A stretch of DNA of 38,336 nt, taken from a virus (Duplodnaviria > Caudoviricetes). The first letter of the stretch is position 1. Each line of letters starts with the position of its first letter. Positions 1 to 7,461 of the stretch are shown piece by piece. The translations under genes were made by a program, and so were the position numbers. Under the pieces are notes generated by a model, which had not been told where the DNA came from, made no database searches, and saw nothing but the letters and a program-made list of their open reading frames with translations. Where the stretch lies: positions 1 to 38,336 of IMG/VR virus record IMGVR_UViG_3300032319_000060; one strand, given 5' to 3'.

Positions 1-123
1 AGTAAAGTCAATTGCCGTTCCAGTAGTTGATGCAGTTTGCACTCCAGATGTTATGGGTTGAGAAAGTTTTGCTGGAGTTATTGTTGCAGCACCAATTGTT
101 CCTGTCCCCTGGCTAATCGTAAA
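1..123. repeat. Exact direct terminal repeat (copy 1); circular-assembly overlap
   Basis: Bases 1-123 (agtaaagtca...atcgtaaa) are identical to 38214-38336. Confidence 0.97.
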
Positions 124-765
124 ATCACCAGCAAGTGTTGTGGATAAATTTGTAATTGTTCCAGTAGTACTATTAAGTGTAGCTACTGTGCCTGTGGTGC
201 TTCTTAATCCAGTAATAGTTCCGGTAGTGCTATTGAGCGTAGCAATCGTTCCAAGCGTGCTATTGATCGCACCAGAATAGGTTCCTCCAGTAATCGTAGC
301 CGTGCTTGCTGTCAGCGTCTGGATCGTTCCATTGGTTATATTGGCCGCAGTAGATGTGGTTGTTCCAGCAGTCAGCGTTGGAATTGTTCCAAGCGTAATG
401 TTGGCTGTGCTTGATGTTAAATTCGGAATTGTTCCAGTTGTGATTGTTGCGCTTGTGCTAACTGTGCGATTGCCTGTGGCAGTTCCAAATGTAAAAACTC
501 CAGACAGGTTTGCATTTGTATATGTACCGCCAGTAAGCGCATCATCAAAAAGATTTTGGACTGTTGTGCTTCTTGGTGCATCACCAGCAGTAAGGCTTGC
601 ATCCGCAATCAACAATTTGTCATCTGTTGCAACGGATGACAGGTCGGTTTGATCGGTAATCAATGCCTGGTAGATGTCCGTTCCGTCAATAAGATTGTGT
701 AACCCAGCAGCGGTAACCGTTCCGTTGGTTGCAAACGTCTGCGAGCGATTGAATTTGATTGCCAT
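1..765 (-). CDS. Tail fibre/spike protein, N-terminal part; continues across the junction into 38213-37788 (about 396 aa in total)
   Basis: Not in the ORF track because it runs off the window end. ATG at 765 gives MAIKFNRSQTFATNGTVTAAGLHNLID..., with roughly 10-aa Thr-rich repeats (STTGTIATLN-like), and reads in frame through the terminal repeat into QTASTTGTAIDFTGIPSW. Confidence 0.85.
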   Translation of the reverse strand, partial: MAIKFNRSQTFATNGTVTAAGLHNLIDGTDIYQALITDQTDLSSVATDDKLLIADASLTAGDAPRSTTVQNLFDDALTGGTYTNANLSGVFTFGTATGNRTVSTSATITTGTIPNLTSSTANITLGTIPTLTAGTTTSTAANITNGTIQTLTASTATITGGTYSGAINSTLGTIATLNSTTGTITGLRSTTGTVATLNSTTGTITNLSTTLAGDFTISQGTGTIGAATITPAKLSQPITSGVQTASTTGTAIDFT

Positions 766-766
766 A

Positions 767-1606
767 TTAAGCTACCACCCTTATTGCTGTTGCGTAAATT
801 GTGCCAGCAGGAATTGTTCCATGTGAAATTGTATCTGTATTAAGAATTGTGTATCTAACAACATTTGCGCCTTCAACCCTAAATTGGCTCATCATTCTTG
901 CTCCAGCGGTAGGTACTCCAGCGGTTCCAGAGCTTGAGCTAAGTGAGTTAAGTCCACCAAATACAATATCACCAATCGCTGCACCAGAAACTGTAAATGT
1001 TCCAGTTGTTATGTTTGATCCACTTGTTACTGAATCAAGGTCTTGAAGTGTTGCTCCAGTAAATGCAGCAGTGCCATAATTAAATGCTGTAACTCCGCCA
1101 GTAGATCCAGTAATCCTAGCTGTTCCAAATGTGGCAGAAGCAATCGTTGATACGTTTACTGACTCAGTCCCAATAGTAGCAGTTCCGGTTGATGCAGTAA
1201 AGCTTGTTCCAAATGTTGCCGGACCGGATGCAAACAACGTGCCAATTGTAGCCGTTCCAGTTGATGCTGTAATATTCGATCCAAAAGTAATATTCCCAAG
1301 CTGAAGAGGAATCGTTGCTGTGCTGATCGTTGCCGTGCCAACGGATAGCGTTCCAATCGTGGCCGTTCCTGTAGATGCAGTTAGGCTTGATCCAAAAGTA
1401 ACAGGTCCAAGAAGACTGCTATTGCTTGAAACTGTGAATGATCCGGTGCTTTGTACGGCATCAATTCCAATTGAAAGAGCAGATGAGGTATTGTCACCAT
1501 CTGTAATAACCTCAACCGATCCTGCCGTAGGCAGCCCACCAGTACCAAAGGTCTTCAATAGCTGTGGATAGCTAGTGGCAATATTCTGTGTTCCAAGTGT
1601 AGGCAT
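767..1606 (-). CDS. Thr/Gly/Ser-rich structural fibre protein
   Basis: 279 aa; three copies of TASTGTATIGT and repeated (V/I/A)TFG motifs; lies directly upstream of the tail-fibre gene. Confidence 0.75.
   Translation of the reverse strand: MPTLGTQNIATSYPQLLKTFGTGGLPTAGSVEVITDGDNTSSALSIGIDAVQSTGSFTVSSNSSLLGPVTFGSSLTASTGTATIGTLSVGTATISTATIPLQLGNITFGSNITASTGTATIGTLFASGPATFGTSFTASTGTATIGTESVNVSTIASATFGTARITGSTGGVTAFNYGTAAFTGATLQDLDSVTSGSNITTGTFTVSGAAIGDIVFGGLNSLSSSSGTAGVPTAGARMMSQFRVEGANVVRYTILNTDTISHGTIPAGTIYATAIRVVA
1171..1381 (-). repeat. Three degenerate ~28-bp intragenic repeats encoding TASTGTATIG
   Basis: Copies near 1171-1198, 1243-1270 and 1354-1381 differ mostly at third codon positions. 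Confidence 0.8.
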
Positions 1607-1614
1607 TTAATCTC

Positions 1615-1863
1615 CTAGCCGTTAAAGCGGTTTTTAAGGACATCCCAGGCCATTGAGCAGACAAGCCCAATCAAGCCAGCAACAGCCAGAACCTTCGTCC
1701 GCAGGTGTTCTAGCGCACCTAATCTATTAGCAACATCCCCGTGGAAAGCAAGTGACCTTTCTACCATCGCGTATAATTGCATCTGCCTCTCCTCCATCCT
1801 AGCAAGCCGCTCCGATTGGGTAGCAATACGATCCTTGAGGTCAGATATTTCATCAAGACTCAC
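1615..1863 (-). CDS. Small coiled-coil protein with C-terminal transmembrane helix (holin-like/XhlA-like)
   Basis: Heptad pattern ERLARMEERQ followed by the hydrophobic segment VLAVAGLIGLVCSMAW. Confidence 0.55.
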   Translation of the reverse strand: MSLDEISDLKDRIATQSERLARMEERQMQLYAMVERSLAFHGDVANRLGALEHLRTKVLAVAGLIGLVCSMAWDVLKNRFNG

Positions 1864-2131
1864 GACCCTTGCCCTCCAGATACTTTAACGCTACAGCCAA
1901 ATGAACAACAGCGTCCACAACTTCGTCCCGATCTCTGCCGTCCTCCACGATACGCTTGATTGAGCGATTGACAGACATTAGGTGCTTTACCTTGCCAATG
2001 TACTTTGTCTCTTTGACCATGTTGTTGTTTTCCACGGCAAACTTTAACGCCTCCCTGAAACAGGCATACTCCGAGCGAGTCATCAAGAAACGCAAACTCA
2101 AATTGGTCAGCCAAATGGCGAGGCACTTCAT
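1853..2131 (-). CDS. Hypothetical protein
   Basis: 92 aa; ATGA overlap with the upstream lipoprotein ORF and overlap with the downstream gene. Confidence 0.6.
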   Translation of the reverse strand: MKCLAIWLTNLSLRFLMTRSEYACFREALKFAVENNNMVKETKYIGKVKHLMSVNRSIKRIVEDGRDRDEVVDAVVHLAVALKYLEGKGRES

Positions 2132-2247
2132 TTTGCTTTCCCAGCATCTTCGGCTGCGCCCATGTCGCTATATCGTGGAAGAGAATTATCGTCTGTATGC
2201 TTTTGCGAGCATGAACATAATAAGAAGATTAGAAAAAAAAGTGGCAT
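2128..2247 (-). CDS. Small putative lipoprotein (39 aa)
   Basis: Hand translation MPLFFLIFLLCSCSQKHTDDNSLPRYSDMGAAEDAGKAK; hydrophobic N-terminus with an L-C-S-C lipobox; stop overlaps the next ATG (ATGA). Confidence 0.6.
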   Translation of the reverse strand: MPLFFLIFLLCSCSQKHTDDNSLPRYSDMGAAEDAGKAK

Positions 2248-2266
2248 AATAAAAACATTATTTTAA

Positions 2267-2851
2267 TTAATATTTAAGAAATACTGACGGGCCTTCTCCC
2301 GCTGTTGCAGAAAGTGTAATTGTTCCAATAGTTTGAGGTAATGAAGATTGTCCAGTTTGTGTGTAAAAATTATTATTATTAAAAGATGTTACAGTTGTAT
2401 CTACACCAAAAATCTCTCTAGCTTGCCCCGGAGAATTTGCAATTTTATAAGAGGCGGCGGCTCCCGTTGTTCTTACTCCCGCAACAATATAAAATCCTCT
2501 TTTTAGGTTAATTGTTAGTTGAGTTGTAAAAATTCCAAGTGCGGCACCAGAACCACCAACGGTAGGTGTTATCTGTCCAGAGGAAAGCAAATTAGCTCCA
2601 TAAAGGCCATTTGAGCCGTCATAAATTCCAACTTTGATTGTATCAGCAGACAAACTGCTTGGATCAGAAACTTTTTCAATACAAAAAGTCGGGTTTTGTA
2701 TGTTTTTTTTAATATAATATGCCAAAAAACATATTACATTTGTGGTTGGAATTGCACTAGCTGAAAAAGCATTTGCATTCATTGGCATGTAATACTTTTC
2801 AGTTGTTCCTGCTGGAAATCCAACTGGGTCTATTGATCTAAAAATTGGCAT
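2267..2851 (-). CDS. Putative structural beta-rich protein (AT-rich gene)
   Basis: Likely start MPIFRSIDPVG at 2851, 8 nt after the upstream stop; KVGIYD..G motif typical of phage fibre/decoration domains; visibly more AT-rich than its neighbours. Confidence 0.65.
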   Translation of the reverse strand: MPIFRSIDPVGFPAGTTEKYYMPMNANAFSASAIPTTNVICFLAYYIKKNIQNPTFCIEKVSDPSSLSADTIKVGIYDGSNGLYGANLLSSGQITPTVGGSGAALGIFTTQLTINLKRGFYIVAGVRTTGAAASYKIANSPGQAREIFGVDTTVTSFNNNNFYTQTGQSSLPQTIGTITLSATAGEGPSVFLKY

Positions 2852-2858
2852 TATAATC

Positions 2859-3263
2859 CTATGTAAGAATTGTAACGTATGCCGTACCAGCCGTTGCGAA
2901 TATTCCACCTATCAAGCCAGTGTAATTTGCTGGTACTTCGTAGTAGTCTCCAGCGGAAAGTCGAATAGTATATGAAGTCGTGCTAGTTGTTGCTGTACCT
3001 AATGTAATATACAAATTTCCTGCACCTTCATTGAACACCTGACAACCCAACCTTCCTGTGCTTGCCGTAGAAATAGTCCCGTAGCTTGTGCTTGTAAATG
3101 TAGTAGGACCAGTTCCGCCAGTAGTTGCGTTTGGAAGTCTAATTCCATCAGCAACGTCCGCTTGGAGTGTCGTAAGTAATGCTTCAATGTCCGTTAGGTT
3201 GGCATTGATGGACATCGTCCCGCCACTAAGGGCATCAATAATAGCATTCCATTGCCGACCCAT
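2859..3263 (-). CDS. Putative structural (head decoration/fibre) protein
   Basis: 134 aa, Thr/Gly-rich, preceded by an AGGAG Shine-Dalgarno; downstream of the capsid gene. Confidence 0.7.
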   Translation of the reverse strand: MGRQWNAIIDALSGGTMSINANLTDIEALLTTLQADVADGIRLPNATTGGTGPTTFTSTSYGTISTASTGRLGCQVFNEGAGNLYITLGTATTSTTSYTIRLSAGDYYEVPANYTGLIGGIFATAGTAYVTILT

Positions 3264-3274
3264 TTTAGGACTCC

Positions 3275-3511
3275 TTAATCTTTTCGAGCGTAGATTGCCA
3301 TCGCACCGCCGGTCAAACGCACTTCGTCAATGTCACCATAAACTGTGACACCAGCCGTATATGTCGCTGCCGTTGTTGCGCCGCTAATAACAAGTGTTGC
3401 TGTGGAAAGTGTAAGAGCAGTCACCGCATCGTAGCTTCCAGTATTAGTGGAAGCTGACGATGCAATGATTGTCCCACCATTACCAAGTGTAAGGCGAGAT
3501 AAGAGTCGCAT
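3275..3511 (-). CDS. Small Thr/Ala-rich structural protein
   Basis: 78 aa, tightly packed in the late operon. Confidence 0.65.
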   Translation of the reverse strand: MRLLSRLTLGNGGTIIASSASTNTGSYDAVTALTLSTATLVISGATTAATYTAGVTVYGDIDEVRLTGGAMAIYARKD

Positions 3512-3515
3512 ACAA

Positions 3516-3710
3516 TTAGGTGTGTAGTGCGATCCGGTATGAAGTACCGTTAAGAGTCACGTTCAAGGAAGCAGGAGAAGTAGCAACAGTATTAACTGTT
3601 CCACCGCTCGAAGCTGCCGTAATTTCAAACACATTCGTTTGGCTTTGGGTATCAAAGCGAATAGCTTTTCCCTTGGCCTTGCGTTGGCTTCGTACAAATT
3701 CATTTGCCAT
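3516..3710 (-). CDS. Small hypothetical structural protein
   Basis: 64 aa; C-terminus VTLNGTSYRIALH resembles fibre-like beta segments; AGGAG upstream. Confidence 0.6.
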   Translation of the reverse strand: MANEFVRSQRKAKGKAIRFDTQSQTNVFEITAASSGGTVNTVATSPASLNVTLNGTSYRIALHT

Positions 3711-3711
3711 A

Positions 3712-3990
3712 TTATTTTCTCCTTATAGCCGCACGTTTGATGCTATCTGGCGTGTATTGGCTTTTAAATCTACTGCCAAGCTTTTGTTCCTGGCGGTAGT
3801 ACCCCTTCATCAAATTTGTTTGATTGACTCCTAGCGGGTTGTCGAGGGGTTCGCCAACCCCCACTAGGCTCAATCTTTGCGGGACGGTGAATCGTTTAAG
3901 ATAACGAGGGACAGAGTCCCTTTCGGCCACAGCCTTTTCCAGTTCGACAACTTTTCCATTTCTGGTGTCCTCGTACTGGTAAACAGGCAT
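3712..3990 (-). CDS. FmdB-like small protein lacking the zinc-ribbon cysteines
   Basis: N-terminus MPVYQYEDTRNGKVVE follows the MPxYxYxCxxCG pattern of FmdB-family proteins, but without Cys. Confidence 0.55.
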   Translation of the reverse strand: MPVYQYEDTRNGKVVELEKAVAERDSVPRYLKRFTVPQRLSLVGVGEPLDNPLGVNQTNLMKGYYRQEQKLGSRFKSQYTPDSIKRAAIRRK

Positions 3991-3991
3991 A

Positions 3992-4363
3992 TCAGCTATA
4001 GTTCTTCTTATCCGATTCCTCGGCCAACTTCATCATCTTTTCCTCTTCGGACATTGAATTTTCACCCTCGGCCATGTCTTCCGACTTGTCCTTGGATTCA
4101 CTCTCGCTCATGGCGTGTTCCACATTAACGTGGGCAATACCATTCTCGATCATGTCAATTGTTCCAGAGAGTTCAACAGAATCACCCACTTCCGGTGCAA
4201 CATCCTCGCCACCATCGTTCATCTCGAACTTGGAGACAGGAAGCATCACCATTCCAGCTTTCGCCATTTTTTTCATAGGTTTTTCAGATGAAGGAGAAGA
4301 CGGGGAGGTTTCACCCTCCCCGCCTTTCCGAGGTCCCATACCAATTACTAGCATGGTTCCCAT
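3992..4363 (-). CDS. Acidic, Met-rich hypothetical protein
   Basis: 123 aa, immediately downstream of the capsid gene. Confidence 0.7.
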   Translation of the reverse strand: MGTMLVIGMGPRKGGEGETSPSSPSSEKPMKKMAKAGMVMLPVSKFEMNDGGEDVAPEVGDSVELSGTIDMIENGIAHVNVEHAMSESESKDKSEDMAEGENSMSEEEKMMKLAEESDKKNYS

Positions 4364-4370
4364 TTAATTA

Positions 4371-5399
4371 TTAGCTGTAGTTGGACTTCGCAACGATGAC
4401 TCGGAAGAACCGAGGATCGAGTTGCTTGGCAGCGTAGAACGTCTTGAAGGACGCAACGATGCGCTGTCCATACGGGTCGCTTTTGTCAGCGGCATCAAGG
4501 ATCGTGACCTTCGGAGCGAAGGGCGAGCCAGAGGCTGCGATGGAGGACAAGCTAGGAACACCAAACGCGCCACCACCGAGGAGGACGTTGGCATAGCCAG
4601 TGTTAACACCAGTTGTTCCAACGCTGTTTTCAGCGATGCCGGAGGCGGAAGTATTGAAGGTCTGGACGTTGGTCGAAGAGATGACCGAAACGCCAAACAA
4701 TTTACCAGTTTCGCCTTTGAAGATTTGGTCGGGAGCCGAATAGCTCGACACCTTCAACCAATCATCGTCCTGCTGCAAGTCACGGATAACGGCAGGATGC
4801 GCGACAAGCGCGTAGCCGTCCTTGATCTTGGGAGCGCGAGCAATGAACAACGAGGTGGCACCATCGAGCAAGTCGGTGGCGGTCATCGCGCTGTTAGCAA
4901 CGGACGAGGTAGCCCAGGTCGTACCGTTGGTGCTGTTTTGAGCATAACGGGCATACGATTTGGTGGCTACACCGGTTCCGGTGCTGGTCGAGGAATCCTG
5001 CACCAACGCGCGGTGACACAGGGTGTCAGCGTGGAGGGCGGCATCTTCGCCGAGTGGTTTGGTGGCCTGTGCCAAGTGCGAGAACAATTCGGTTGCGAGA
5101 ACAACATCCGTTAGGATGATCTTGCTTCCGTACTGTACAAGCGTGGCTTCAACTGAGGACAGCGTGAGATCACGCTCGTCACCGGAGCTAGGAGTCGTTC
5201 CTTCCGAGAGAGCGGAGATAGCAGTGATGCTTGGATCTCCGAAACGAAAGAAGCGTATCGTTTTATTCCCGCCCGTTTTTGTCGGGTAGGGGGTTTTCAT
5301 TGCGAACTGCTCCATTTGGAGGAGCGGGATCGCGCGTTCCAGAAGTGCTTTTGAGAAGTAAGCCTGGAATTGCGCTGAGACTGAGCCAGTAGTTACCAT
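4371..5399 (-). CDS. Major capsid protein (N4-gp56-like, HK97 fold)
   Basis: 342 aa after the scaffold gene; motifs KTIRFFRF, LSEGTTP, QYG, YALVAHP..IRDL, FKGETGKLFGV and DPYGQR are characteristic of N4-gp56-family capsids. Confidence 0.88.
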   Translation of the reverse strand: MVTTGSVSAQFQAYFSKALLERAIPLLQMEQFAMKTPYPTKTGGNKTIRFFRFGDPSITAISALSEGTTPSSGDERDLTLSSVEATLVQYGSKIILTDVVLATELFSHLAQATKPLGEDAALHADTLCHRALVQDSSTSTGTGVATKSYARYAQNSTNGTTWATSSVANSAMTATDLLDGATSLFIARAPKIKDGYALVAHPAVIRDLQQDDDWLKVSSYSAPDQIFKGETGKLFGVSVISSTNVQTFNTSASGIAENSVGTTGVNTGYANVLLGGGAFGVPSLSSIAASGSPFAPKVTILDAADKSDPYGQRIVASFKTFYAAKQLDPRFFRVIVAKSNYS

Positions 5400-5426
5400 A
5401 TAATTAAGTATCCTTGTTTGTTATGA

Positions 5427-6401
5427 CTATCCAACCCTGTCAACCTCGCCTGCAAGTTTCATCAATTCACGTTCCTGTTCGTCTAGCGAAAGTTCGTGAA
5501 AAGCTTTTGTCTTGGCAGGACCTTTGGGCTGTCCAGATGCCGGAGTAGTCGCTTTTCTGAGTTGAGCGAGTTCTCGCTCATACTCTGCAACCTTTTTGGA
5601 CAAATCGGAGGCGGACTCCGCCTTGAGCTTTACCTTTGCAATCCCAACCGCATCCTTGATCCCAGCAGGATAATTTCGAAGGATGGCGTGGTTTTGCAAC
5701 ATTTCCGATACGGCTTTATACAAAGTGCTGCTTGAATCCTTGAGTTCCGGATTGGCTTCGACTTCATCGAGCAGATTCTTATCCCAGGCAGACTTTAATT
5801 CTGCTTGAGTTTTCTGCTCGATCTCGCGCCTATCTTCAACTTCGATTTCACCAGCTTTTTGTTCAGCGAGTTTTGCAAGATCATCGCGGCCTTCATCACG
5901 GTAGCTCTTTGCCGCTTCCCTGTAATCTTCCGCGCTAAACTTGCGATTGCTCGCCTTTGTCTCGCTTTGAGTAGTTTCTGAAGTCTTCCTTGCCCTTTCA
6001 GCCTCAATCTGCTCTCGTTCAGCTTTGATTCTGGCTTTCTCTGCTCGGACATCTTCCCACTCTTTCTCAAGTCGCGACTTTGCCTTCTCGTAACGGGTAG
6101 GCTTCTTTTCGGAAACCGACTCCGACTTGTCTTCTGAAGGTTGCGTTGTTAAAGAACTTTTATCTTCCTCGGATTTTTCCTTGGCAGACGAAGCCTCATC
6201 CGAGGCTTCTAGTTTTGTTTTTTCGGCTTTTTCAGCAGGCGCGGGGGGCTGCTCGGTATCTCCGCTGGCCTTATCCTCAACAGGTGTTTCTACTTTGGCT
6301 TTTTCGTCTTCCTTGGGAGTAGGACTAAAGTCCCGTCCTTCGTCAGCCGCTTGCGCCATTGCCAATACATCCGCCTCGGTCAGGTTATTTGAATCTGCCA
6401 T
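5427..6401 (-). CDS. Scaffolding protein
   Basis: Highly charged, acidic N-terminus and long coiled coils; between portal and capsid genes. Confidence 0.75.
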   Translation of the reverse strand: MADSNNLTEADVLAMAQAADEGRDFSPTPKEDEKAKVETPVEDKASGDTEQPPAPAEKAEKTKLEASDEASSAKEKSEEDKSSLTTQPSEDKSESVSEKKPTRYEKAKSRLEKEWEDVRAEKARIKAEREQIEAERARKTSETTQSETKASNRKFSAEDYREAAKSYRDEGRDDLAKLAEQKAGEIEVEDRREIEQKTQAELKSAWDKNLLDEVEANPELKDSSSTLYKAVSEMLQNHAILRNYPAGIKDAVGIAKVKLKAESASDLSKKVAEYERELAQLRKATTPASGQPKGPAKTKAFHELSLDEQERELMKLAGEVDRVG

Positions 6402-6405
6402 TTTG

Positions 6406-6451
6406 ACCCTTTCTTTACACTTGTCGGCAGGGAGTCATTCTGCCTAAAGGT
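6406..6451 (-). promoter_or_regulatory. Hairpin in the scaffold gene leader
   Basis: GGCAG/CTGCC stem (6426-6444) inside an outer CCTTT/AAAGG pairing that covers the purine-rich ribosome-binding region. Confidence 0.35.
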
Positions 6452-6774
6452 TAGTTGGCTATTGTATCATCCGATCCGTCCTCATAGCCAAGAACGGCGG
6501 AGTTAAGTTTTTGGGTTGCGAGCGATTCTAAGGTCGCTACACAACCACGGAAACCTTTAGCATACCCACAAGCGTCTGCAAGTGCCTCTGATTTCTTCAT
6601 CACGGCATTACCATTTTGACGCAAAGTTAAGTTTAAAAGAATAAGGCTAAGACGCTTTCCGGTTGGCGTGGAAAGGAACCCTGTCCAAGCCTTCTCATCC
6701 TCATCCTCCCATTTGGGTTCATCTACCCACTCTTGATCGCGGATGAATGCCAATGCTGCTTTTAGTTTCCTCAC
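6451..6774 (-). CDS. Hypothetical head-module protein
   Basis: 107 aa, GTG start overlapping the upstream stop; FLSTPTGKRL motif is common in genes between portal and scaffold. Confidence 0.7.
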   Translation of the reverse strand: MRKLKAALAFIRDQEWVDEPKWEDEDEKAWTGFLSTPTGKRLSLILLNLTLRQNGNAVMKKSEALADACGYAKGFRGCVATLESLATQKLNSAVLGYEDGSDDTIAN

Positions 6775-6902
6775 TCTGAAAAACCACCCTTTTTAGCCTT
6801 CATCATGCGCCAAATCTTGGGCTTAATGGTTGAGTTCTTCTTGCTTCGGCTTGTCCCTGCCTTACGGCGGGCGTTGATATTTGCATATAGACCTTTTTTC
6901 AT
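6771..6902 (-). CDS. Small basic protein (43 aa)
   Basis: Hand translation MKKGLYANINARRKAGTSRSKKNSTIKPKIWRMMKAKKGGFSE; fills the gap exactly, with a GTGA overlap. Confidence 0.7.
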   Translation of the reverse strand: MKKGLYANINARRKAGTSRSKKNSTIKPKIWRMMKAKKGGFSE

Positions 6903-6906
6903 TTCG

Positions 6907-7461
6907 CTATTTTACCATATCCTGGCTGTTGGACAGCTTTATCGCCCATGAATCACCATTGAATAAAGTATAATCCTTATCCCCAATCTCTTCTTTTAAA
7001 GCCTTCTTAACAGATTCCCAACTCCAATCGTGACCAGCCATAATCCCGCCGTCTTTTAGTTTCTTGCTCCATCCTTTTAGGTCTGCCAGCACGCCTTCAT
7101 AGCGATGATCTCCATCAATATAAACAAGATCGCATGATCCGTCTTGGACAAACTCAAGGGCATCTAGGCTTTTCCCACGGCTAAACATCACGTTCTTTAG
7201 CTCGCATGTGCGCTCTTGAAATGCCTCAAAAACAAACTTCATAGGGCATTGTTGGCTTGCCCTATCGTTAATGTCGTATCCGTTAAGCCAGGGATCTACA
7301 GCAAGAACTTCTTTGAAATACTTGGCTAGAACAATTGTTCCCTCGCCACTATACGCACCAATCTCAATCGCTTTACCATTTCCACCTTGTTCATTTGCCC
7401 ACTTACAAAGATCGGCCAAGCCTTCCTGCTGGAAGGCATCCCGCATTACCGGAACCTTCAA
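6907..7461 (-). CDS. Class I SAM-dependent methyltransferase (Methyltransf_24-like)
   Basis: IEIGAYSGEG motif I, DLVYIDGDH.YEGV..D and GG...GHD motifs. Confidence 0.85.
   Translation of the reverse strand: MKVPVMRDAFQQEGLADLCKWANEQGGNGKAIEIGAYSGEGTIVLAKYFKEVLAVDPWLNGYDINDRASQQCPMKFVFEAFQERTCELKNVMFSRGKSLDALEFVQDGSCDLVYIDGDHRYEGVLADLKGWSKKLKDGGIMAGHDWSWESVKKALKEEIGDKDYTLFNGDSWAIKLSNSQDMVK

Noticed and set aside
1-123. Biological terminal repeat of the virion DNA
   Set aside because: It falls mid-gene and is exact, as expected for an assembler circular overlap; there is no evidence it is a physical end.
302-652. Plus-strand Val-rich 116-aa ORF
   Set aside because: Antisense shadow of the Thr-rich fibre gene (ACN codons read as Val on the other strand).
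1860-2147. Alternative minus-strand 95-aa ORF
   Set aside because: Overlaps 1853-2131 in another frame; the latter has better composition and an ATGA-coupled start.
4364-4696. Programmed frameshift extension of the capsid protein
   Set aside because: The alternative frame ends only 7 nt past the capsid stop, no slippery heptamer was seen, and the capsid ends in tandem TAA stops.
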